In this document: one piece after another, positions 57,346-64,000 of the stretch
Layout: each line of letters starts with the position of its first letter
How positions within the stretch are numbered: position 1 is the first letter of the stretch
DNA from: Patescibacteria group bacterium
GTDB lineage: Bacteria; Patescibacteriota; Patescibacteriia; SG8-24
NCBI GenBank assembly: GCA_028714475.1
Contig: JAQTNC010000005.1
Coordinates: 6,857-70,856, forward strand
Direction: 5' to 3'
DNA length: 64,000 nucleotides
Position numbers and translations under genes: made by a program
Notes under the pieces: generated by a model
Seen by the model: only the letters and a program-made list of their open reading frames with translations
Told to the model about the DNA's origin: nothing
Database searches by the model: none

Positions 57346-58779
57346 ATGCTAAAATTATTCGATAGTTTAGCCAAGAAAAAGCGCGTGTTCAAGCCGCTTC
57401 AGGCCGGACGGGTGACGATGTATAACTGCGGGCCGACGGTGTACGACTACGTCCATATCGGCAACCTGCGGTCTTTCCTGCTGGCCGACCTCGTGCGCCG
57501 CTTCCTTGATCACCGCGGTTTTGAGGTGCGGCAAGTGATGAACATCACCGACGTCGGCCACATGCTGGCGGACGCGGATGTCGGCGAGGACAAGCTCGAG
57601 GTTTCGGCCGCCAAGGCCGGCAAGACGCCCGCCGAAGTGGCCAGGTTCTTCACCGAGGCTTTTTTTCGTGACATTGATCGGCTCGGCGTGCGGCGCGCCG
57701 CCATGTATCCGCGGGCGAGCGAGCACGTGCCGGAGATGATCGCCATGATCGGCCGGCTCCTGGAGAAGGGCTGCGCCTACAAGGTTCAGGAAACCGACGG
57801 CGGCGCCAGCATATATTTTGACGTCTCGACTTTTCCGGAATACGGCCGGCTTTCCGGCAACGTCATCGAGGGGCTGAATCCCGGCGCCCGCGTTGACGTG
57901 CGCTCCGAGAAGAAACATCCGGCTGATTTCGCCCTCTGGATCCACAATCCGAAGCACCTCATGCAATGGGAAACGCCGTGGGGCAAAGGCTATCCCGGCT
58001 GGCACATCGAGTGCTCGGCCATGTCCACCAAATACCTGGGTGACACCATCGACATCCATACCGGCGGCGAGGACAACAAGTTTCCTCATCACGAGTGCGA
58101 GATCGCGCAGGCTGAGTGCGCCACTGGCCAGAAGTTCGTCCGTTATTGGCTGCACGGCACCCACCTTCTGGTGGATGGCGAGAAGATGTCAAAATCCAAA
58201 GGCAACTTTTATACGCTCGACGACCTCACGGCCAAAGGTTACGAGCCGCGCCATGTCCGCTACCTCCTCCTCTCCTCGCATTATCGGGCGCCGCTCAATT
58301 TCACCTTGGCGGGTCTCGATGCGGCCAAGTCCGCCTTGGCCCGTCTCGACAATTTCGCGGATCTGTTGCGGGATTATGCGCCGAAGAAAAACGGCCGGAG
58401 CGATCGGGTCGGGATGACGGCGATGAAAGGCCTGAATCAGGCCCTGGATGACGATCTGAACGTGGCCGAAGCGCTGGCCGCGGCCTTTGAGCATGTCCAC
58501 GCGATCAATGAGCGCTTGGCTTCCGGCGAACTGACGGCCCGCGAAAAGGCCGGCGCCGAGGCTTTTATGAAGGCCCTAGGCGATGTTTTCGGTTTCGTTT
58601 TCGGCCGCGCCGCCGATGAGGCCGACGTGCCAGCCTCGGTCCGGGAACTCATGGAGAAACGCGAAACGGCGCGCCGTGAAAAGCGTTTCGTCGAATCGGA
58701 CCGCGTGCGCGACGAGATCAAGGCGCTCGGCTGGATGGTCGAGGATACGCCGGAAGGCTGTCGCGTCAAGCGGCTGTAA
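57346..58779 (+). CDS. cysS: cysteinyl-tRNA synthetase
   Basis: [25 protein letters not shown]. Confidence 0.98.
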   Translation: MLKLFDSLAKKKRVFKPLQAGRVTMYNCGPTVYDYVHIGNLRSFLLADLVRRFLDHRGFEVRQVMNITDVGHMLADADVGEDKLEVSAAKAGKTPAEVARFFTEAFFRDIDRLGVRRAAMYPRASEHVPEMIAMIGRLLEKGCAYKVQETDGGASIYFDVSTFPEYGRLSGNVIEGLNPGARVDVRSEKKHPADFALWIHNPKHLMQWETPWGKGYPGWHIECSAMSTKYLGDTIDIHTGGEDNKFPHHECEIAQAECATGQKFVRYWLHGTHLLVDGEKMSKSKGNFYTLDDLTAKGYEPRHVRYLLLSSHYRAPLNFTLAGLDAAKSALARLDNFADLLRDYAPKKNGRSDRVGMTAMKGLNQALDDDLNVAEALAAAFEHVHAINERLASGELTAREKAGAEAFMKALGDVFGFVFGRAADEADVPASVRELMEKRETARREKRFVESDRVRDEIKALGWMVEDTPEGCRVKRL

Positions 58780-58817
58780 GTCGCCGCCAGTGTCGGTCAT
58801 CATCCTAGACATCGATT

Positions 58818-59897
58818 ATGATCAATAGTCGCCAACTGATCGCCGCCAGTGCCGTGACCCTCGCGCTGCTTGTGGCCGCGCCGGCGTTGGCCAAGGACCG
58901 CTGTCGCGATTGGGGACAGCCGTCGTTCAAGTGTCCGACCACGGCCACGCGCGCGGTCTGCGGCAAGGAGCCTAACTTGTACTGCTTTGACGATCGCGGC
59001 AACCCGAACGCCGACCTTTGTTCCGGCGTCACTCCCGCGCCTCGCTTCAAGTTCGATTGCGAGACCTGCACCTGTCGGTGCGACGAGGAAAAATATCCCT
59101 GTGACGGTTGTTCTTCCGCCAAGAACGCCTTAGGCGCCACGTGCAACGGCGTCGTCGGCGGCGCCTACGTTGACCGTTGCGGCACCTGCGGCTGCGGCGC
59201 CGGCACGGCCATCTGCGTATCCACGAATACCTGCGTGACGATTGTGGACTGCCCGACTGGTTTCGGTTTCGAACCGTGTTCGGCCGCCTGTATCCCTGGT
59301 TTCGTCACCCCGACCGCGACTGTTGAGCCGCCAGTGCCGCCGTCAGGAGAAACGTCGACCGCGCCGAGTTCGGCAGCTGACCAGATTGCCGCCGCGCCTG
59401 CCGCGCCAGCCGACGGCCGTCCGGAAGAGCTTCCGGCTGGCGAGATGGGGGAGCGGCAGGCTGAAACGGCGGACGGTTCGGCTTTCGGTTGGACATTGGT
59501 CCTCCTCGCGGCCTTCGTGGCTGGCCTCGGGTTAGGCAGTTATTTCTCCGGCCGTTTCGGCCGTCCCGGGCGCGTCGAAACCCCGTTTCACGGCGTCGTG
59601 GAAAAAATCAGCGGCCGCGAATTGAGCCTGACCGTTGGGCAAGGGCGTGATCGTCGACGTCTCTCGGTGAGCGTCGGGCCAGCCGCGGAAATCAACGCCT
59701 TGACCCTGCCGGAAGAAGGCGAAGGCCGTCTTGAACGCCATCATATACCGCTTGCGTGCCTGCGGCCTCATGACACGGTGGAGGTCGCGATGACGCAAAC
59801 CAAGCCCGACAAGAAGCTGATTGCCGACTCGGTCGCGCTCATGACCACCGACGCGACGCTGGCCAGAAGGCGGGCGTGCCTGAAGGAAGATGCGTAG
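58818..59897 (+). CDS. type I membrane protein: Cys-rich domain paralogous to the fibre N-terminus, TM, cytoplasmic OB-like domain
   Basis: Signal peptide; DRCRDWGQPSFKCPTTAT...CVSTNTCV aligns with the 51396 protein; TM WTLVLLAAFVAGLGLGSYF. Confidence 0.8.
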   Translation: MINSRQLIAASAVTLALLVAAPALAKDRCRDWGQPSFKCPTTATRAVCGKEPNLYCFDDRGNPNADLCSGVTPAPRFKFDCETCTCRCDEEKYPCDGCSSAKNALGATCNGVVGGAYVDRCGTCGCGAGTAICVSTNTCVTIVDCPTGFGFEPCSAACIPGFVTPTATVEPPVPPSGETSTAPSSAADQIAAAPAAPADGRPEELPAGEMGERQAETADGSAFGWTLVLLAAFVAGLGLGSYFSGRFGRPGRVETPFHGVVEKISGRELSLTVGQGRDRRRLSVSVGPAAEINALTLPEEGEGRLERHHIPLACLRPHDTVEVAMTQTKPDKKLIADSVALMTTDATLARRRACLKEDA

Positions 59898-59921
59898 ATT
59901 CGTAGTTGCGGGGACACAATA

Positions 59922-59947
59922 ATGCGGAGGGCTTTCGCTCTCCGCAT
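59922..59947. terminator. hairpin between convergent genes
   Basis: atgcggagggc-tttc-gctctccgcat. Confidence 0.65.
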
Positions 59948-59976
59948 CTTTGAATCTTCGAATTATTGCGTCATGC

Positions 59977-60933
59977 CTACAGCCATTTCCGGCTCTTGAG
60001 GTAACCCATTGTCGCGACCATGACCAAGAAGACGATGCCGAGCATGAACCAGAAGTCGCCCGGCACCCCCAGGAGCGGCATATTCTCCGCGCGCATCGAG
60101 AAGATGGCGGCGGCGAGATTCATCGGAAAGACGATGAAGGCCAGGGCCGTCAGCGTCTTGGTCGCCTGGCCGGTCTCATAGGTGACGAGCGAAAGGTAGG
60201 ACTCGTACACGGCGTCAATCGTGTTGCGGTCGTTATCGAGGAAATCCCATATCTCCTGCGTGTGGCCGACCAGGTCCTCGTAATAGACGTGCAGATCCTG
60301 GAAATGGAGGATGCGCGGCGCGACGGCGATGAATTTCTCCAGGACGTGCTTGTGGGCCTGCATGATGCGCCGGAAGTCCACGATGTTGGACTTGACCCGC
60401 AGGATTTCCTTGACTGAGCTGTTCTGGGCGTCAGTGAACATGCGCGACTCCAGGGTGTTGATGTCGTTGGAGACGTGCGTGAGCATCGGAAAGCAGCCGA
60501 TGTACAGCTGGTTTAGCATGGCATGCAACCAATCGGCCGGACGTTCCACCTCCTGCGCCATCGTCACGCTGCGATCGCCGCGGAACAACTCGGCCATGCT
60601 CTGGAGCGGCGGCAGGACGCCGAAATGGTTGGTGACGATGAAATTTGGGCCGATGAAGATGTCCAGTTCCGTTGATCGGATGGCTCGCTTGTCCCGATCA
60701 AAATACGGGAACAGCATGACCATGAACAGGTACTGTCCGCGTTCCAGGAGCTTCGGGCGCTGGTAAGGCGGCAAACAGTCCCGCAGGTCCATTTCGAGGA
60801 AGAACGGGAAAAGCTCCTTGAGCTTGGCGCTGGCCTCGGCCGACGGCTTCCTGACGTCCACCCAGGTCATTTCCGGATGGCGATAGACGTCGAGGAGCGG
60901 CTGACCGTCGTATTTTGGCATTTTTTCGTGCAT
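59977..60933 (-). CDS. corA: CorA-family Mg/Co transporter
   Basis: WVDV, QRPKL, two C-terminal TMs; the GMN motif appears as SMR. Confidence 0.88.
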   Translation of the reverse strand: MHEKMPKYDGQPLLDVYRHPEMTWVDVRKPSAEASAKLKELFPFFLEMDLRDCLPPYQRPKLLERGQYLFMVMLFPYFDRDKRAIRSTELDIFIGPNFIVTNHFGVLPPLQSMAELFRGDRSVTMAQEVERPADWLHAMLNQLYIGCFPMLTHVSNDINTLESRMFTDAQNSSVKEILRVKSNIVDFRRIMQAHKHVLEKFIAVAPRILHFQDLHVYYEDLVGHTQEIWDFLDNDRNTIDAVYESYLSLVTYETGQATKTLTALAFIVFPMNLAAAIFSMRAENMPLLGVPGDFWFMLGIVFLVMVATMGYLKSRKWL

Positions 60934-61025
60934 ATTTTGCGGTTAGCCGTTTATTCGTCCCGATAACGTTATTTTACCATTTTTCAAGCCCTGGCGGAAT
61001 GGCTAAAACGAAGTCATTCGGCGCG

Positions 61026-61126
61026 TGGTTCCCGGGTCTCCCCCGGCATTTAGCCGGGGTCGCCCGGGATGACACACCGTGGATCCCGGCTCGCGCGGGA
61101 AGGCATTCCCGCTTGGCCGGGACGAC
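61026..61126 (-). repeat. two CGTC/GTCA-type REPs with nested inserts
   Basis: 61026-61073 is an exact reverse complement of 41057-41104; second element at about 61080-61126. Confidence 0.85.
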
Positions 61127-61202
61127 GCGCTCATTGGAATTGCGCGTCGATTGCGTGTCATTTCTTCTTAAAATGGCCAAATTGATGTATAATGTTAATA
61201 TC

Positions 61203-61706
61203 ATGAATTTTGCGGAAAAACCGGAAGCGCAACCGGCCGCCGCGCCGCCTGAAACCCAGGCGGAGCAGTTGGCGTCCCCGGAAAGCGGCCCGCGGCCGGA
61301 AGGGACACCGGCCCAGGAGAGAAAACAGCCCGTTCCCGTCGCGCCGATGCCGCAAATCGTCCTGCCGGACGTCGCCCCAAGCGCGGCCGCGCCGGCCAAG
61401 GACCCACAACTCATGAGGGTTGAGCGCGTGCTTGAGGACGGCTTGCTCGAGGCCTATTTGGCCATGCCGGCCAAGGAGCGCGCGCGCTTCAGGGCCGTCG
61501 GCGAGGAAACGGCCGCCAAGATTAACGTCCTGATCGAGCAGTCAAAGGCCACGGCCAAGGCCGTGTTGAAGCTCATCCGCGACTGGCTGAGGATGATTCC
61601 CGGCGTCAACCGTTTTTTCCTGGAACAGGAAGCGAAGCTGAAGACTGACCGCGTCATGCTCCTCAACGAACAGCGCCGCCGTGACAAGGAAGGGGGAACC
61701 GTATGA
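61203..61706 (+). CDS. conserved hypothetical protein
   Basis: Pro-rich N-terminus; WLRMIPGVNRFFLEQEAKLKTD motif; ATGA overlap with the ATPase gene. Confidence 0.75.
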   Translation: MNFAEKPEAQPAAAPPETQAEQLASPESGPRPEGTPAQERKQPVPVAPMPQIVLPDVAPSAAAPAKDPQLMRVERVLEDGLLEAYLAMPAKERARFRAVGEETAAKINVLIEQSKATAKAVLKLIRDWLRMIPGVNRFFLEQEAKLKTDRVMLLNEQRRRDKEGGTV

Positions 61707-64000
61707 CGCCGATTTTTGTCGTTTCCCCGGTGACTGCCTTGCCGGTCGAGCCAGTCGCCGCCGTACCCATCGTCTCGACGAGCGGAAGCGTTCTCTTGAC
61801 GCTGGTTTTGGTTTTTGTCGGCTTGGCCTTGGGCATCGTCGTCATCTTGAACGTCATCCGTCATTTCATGCGCCGACGCTTCCAGACCGGCGCGGCTTTC
61901 CGGCGCGTGGTCATTCTTGTGACCGTGCCGAAGGAAACGCAGGAGAAAGGCGAGTCCGGCATGAAGGAAAAGGAACTGCGCGAGATTCAGGAGGACATCG
62001 GGGTCATGGAGAGCGTTTTCGCGAGCATCGGCGGTTTGCCCGCGGAGAAGGGCATCACGTCCTGGTTTGTTGGCCGCCAGGACGCCTTTTCGTTCGAGAT
62101 TGTCTCGCAACAAGGGCTGGTCTCCTTTTATATCGCCGTCCCGGAATCGCGCAAGGATTTCATCGAACAGCAGGTTCACGCCCATTTCCCGCACGCGCAG
62201 ATCGAGGAAGTCGAGGATTACAACGTTTTCGTCCCGAACGGGGCCGTGGTGGCCGCTCGATTGCTGTTCCGTCGGATGCCGGCCTTCCCGCTCAAGACCT
62301 TCCGCAAGCTGGAGCACGATCCGCTGAACGCGCTCGCGAACGCGCTCGCCAAGGTGGACAAGGCGGATGGCGCGGCCATTCAGGTCGTCGTCCGCTCGTC
62401 GCGGCGGCGCTGGCGGCGGCGCGGCGCCAGGTTCACGAGCGCCATGCAGCAGGGCAAGACCATGAATCAGGCCTTGGCGGAGACGACTTGGCGCGGGCAG
62501 GTTCTCAAGGCGTTCATGTTGGCCAAGCCGAAGACCGTCGAACAGGGCGGCAAGGAGCACAAGCTTTCACCGCTCGAGGAAGAGATGGTCAAGTCAATGG
62601 AGGAGAAGATCTCCAAGTTCGGGCTCGATGCGAACGTGCGGGTGGTGGCGTCGGCCGCGACCGCCGAGCGCGCCAGCCTTTACGTCAACAACATCATCGG
62701 CGCTTTCAGCCAATTCAACAGCCCGCAGTACGGCAATTCCCTGGTGCGCAGCAACCCCAGCCAAAAGCGGCTCATTCATGATTTCATCTACCGTCATTTC
62801 CGCGAACGTGGCCATTTGGTGCTGAACGGCGAGGAGCTGGCGAGCATGTACCATTTTCCGCTGCCTTCGACCGAAACGCCGAACATCCGCTGGCTGACCG
62901 CGCGCAAGGCCGCGCCGCCGTCCAACCTGCCGAAGGAGGGCCTGTATCTCGGTGAAGTCGAGTATCGCGGCATCACCACGCCGGTGTTCATCAAGCCGGG
63001 CGACCGCCTGCGCCATATGTACTGCATCGGCAAGTCCGGTGCCGGCAAGTCGGAGTTCATCGCCAACCTCGCCGCGCAGGACGTGAAAAACGGCGACGGC
63101 CTCTGCATCATCGATCCGCACGGCGACCTCGTGGAAACCGTGCTCGGTTGCGTGCCGCGGGAACGGGCCGACGACGTGGTCGTGTTCGACCCATCGGACA
63201 TGGACCGGCCAATCGGTCTCAACATGCTCGAGGCCCCGAGCGAGGAGATGAAGGATTTCGTCTGCGGCGAGATGATCGCCATCTTCTACAAGCTCTTCCC
63301 GCCGGAGATGATCGGCCCGATGTTCGAGCACAACATGCGCAACTTCATGTTGACGCTCATGTCGGACCGCGACAACCCGGGTACCATCGCCGAGGTGCCG
63401 CGCCTCATCGTTGATCCGGAATACCAGAAGCAGTGGGTGAAGAAGGTCCGCGATCCGGTCGTGCTCAATTTTTGGGAGAAGGAAATCGCCAAGACCTCGG
63501 ACTTCCACAAGTCGGAGATGTTCGGCTACCTCATCTCCAAGGTCGGCCGCTTCGTCGAGAACGCGATGATGCGCAACATCATCGGCCAGCAGAAATCGGC
63601 CTTCGACTTCCGCAAGATCATGGATGAGCGGAAAATCTTCCTCGTGAACCTGTCGAAAGGCAAGATCGGCGACATCAACGCGAACCTGCTCGGTCTCATC
63701 ATCGTCACCAAGCTGCAGATGGCGGCCATGGGCCGCGCCGACATGCCGGCCAGCGAGCGCAAGCCATTCTACCTTTACATCGACGAGTTCCAGAATTTCA
63801 TCACGCCGTCCGTCGCGACGATTCTCTCCGAGGCGCGCAAATACGCCTTGAGCCTCTACTTGAGCCATCAGTACCTCGGTCAGCTTTCGCCTAAGGGCGA
63901 CAACGAGATTCGCGACGCCGTGCTCGGCAACGCCGGCACGATCATGTGCGGGCGCATCGGCGTCGAGGACGCGCAGTACCTGGAAAAAGAGTTCGCGCCG
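61703..64000 (+). CDS. VirD4/TraG/HerA-like (T4SS coupling-type) P-loop ATPase, runs off the window end
   Basis: N-terminal TM; RLRHMYCIGKSGAGKS Walker A (codons from 63029), IIDPHGDL, FYLYIDEFQNF Walker B, LSEARKY. Absent from the ORF track because there is no stop in the window. Confidence 0.9.
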   Translation, partial: MTPIFVVSPVTALPVEPVAAVPIVSTSGSVLLTLVLVFVGLALGIVVILNVIRHFMRRRFQTGAAFRRVVILVTVPKETQEKGESGMKEKELREIQEDIGVMESVFASIGGLPAEKGITSWFVGRQDAFSFEIVSQQGLVSFYIAVPESRKDFIEQQVHAHFPHAQIEEVEDYNVFVPNGAVVAARLLFRRMPAFPLKTFRKLEHDPLNALANALAKVDKADGAAIQVVVRSSRRRWRRRGARFTSAMQQGKTMNQALAETTWRGQVLKAFMLAKPKTVEQGGKEHKLSPLEEEMVKSMEEKISKFGLDANVRVVASAATAERASLYVNNIIGAFSQFNSPQYGNSLVRSNPSQKRLIHDFIYRHFRERGHLVLNGEELASMYHFPLPSTETPNIRWLTARKAAPPSNLPKEGLYLGEVEYRGITTPVFIKPGDRLRHMYCIGKSGAGKSEFIANLAAQDVKNGDGLCIIDPHGDLVETVLGCVPRERADDVVVFDPSDMDRPIGLNMLEAPSEEMKDFVCGEMIAIFYKLFPPEMIGPMFEHNMRNFMLTLMSDRDNPGTIAEVPRLIVDPEYQKQWVKKVRDPVVLNFWEKEIAKTSDFHKSEMFGYLISKVGRFVENAMMRNIIGQQKSAFDFRKIMDERKIFLVNLSKGKIGDINANLLGLIIVTKLQMAAMGRADMPASERKPFYLYIDEFQNFITPSVATILSEARKYALSLYLSHQYLGQLSPKGDNEIRDAVLGNAGTIMCGRIGVEDAQYLEKEFAP

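Noticed and set aside
62594-63868. 424-aa minus-strand ORF (and 61681-62781 plus, 61454-62560 minus)
   Set aside because: Shadows or alternative frames of the real ATPase ORF starting at 61703.
1-64000. Alternative genetic code (UGA=Gly, code 25) and tRNA/rRNA genes
   Set aside because: Conserved genes are full length under code 11 and several end in TGA (dnaK, grpE, fic); no cloverleaf or rRNA sequence recognised by eye.

Overview
A GC-rich bacterial chromosome segment, genetic code 11. It is most likely Patescibacteria/CPR (Parcubacteria-like), inferred from the short HrcA, GAGC-lipobox proteins, CxxC-x17-CxxC protein, V4R/PAS kinases, giant GNVGIGT-repeat surface proteins and a stand-alone VirD4/HerA-like ATPase. 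From left to right it holds: (1) a low-GC accessory patch (1-4.1 kb) with a HEPN gene pair and repeated hairpins; (2) a Pit-DUF47 fusion, Fic, GATase, V4R plus PAS histidine kinase, a beta-propeller surface protein, csp, a HI0933 flavoprotein and a CxxC protein; (3) a degenerate PP2C, a NAGPA-like glycosidase, an LpxC homologue with intact catalytic motifs and an FGE-domain gene; (4) two tandem pairs of solute-binding protein plus sensor kinase in which both kinases have Arg in place of the phospho-acceptor His, then capA, MFS, yidC-like and SPFH genes; (5) CIRCE-hrcA-grpE-dnaK...dnaJ, interrupted by REP clusters, an NYN nuclease with a candidate convergent small RNA, and a gene flanked by a duplicated gene 3' end; (6) a frameshifted GIY-YIG gene bracketed by inverted REPs; (7) Cys-rich fibre/lectin surface proteins around cysS; (8) corA and a VirD4/TraG-like ATPase running off the right edge. 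At least six families of small palindromic repeats are dispersed, some nested inside others. I recognised no tRNA, rRNA, CRISPR array, integrase or reverse transcriptase. All family calls come from motif recognition by eye, not database searches.
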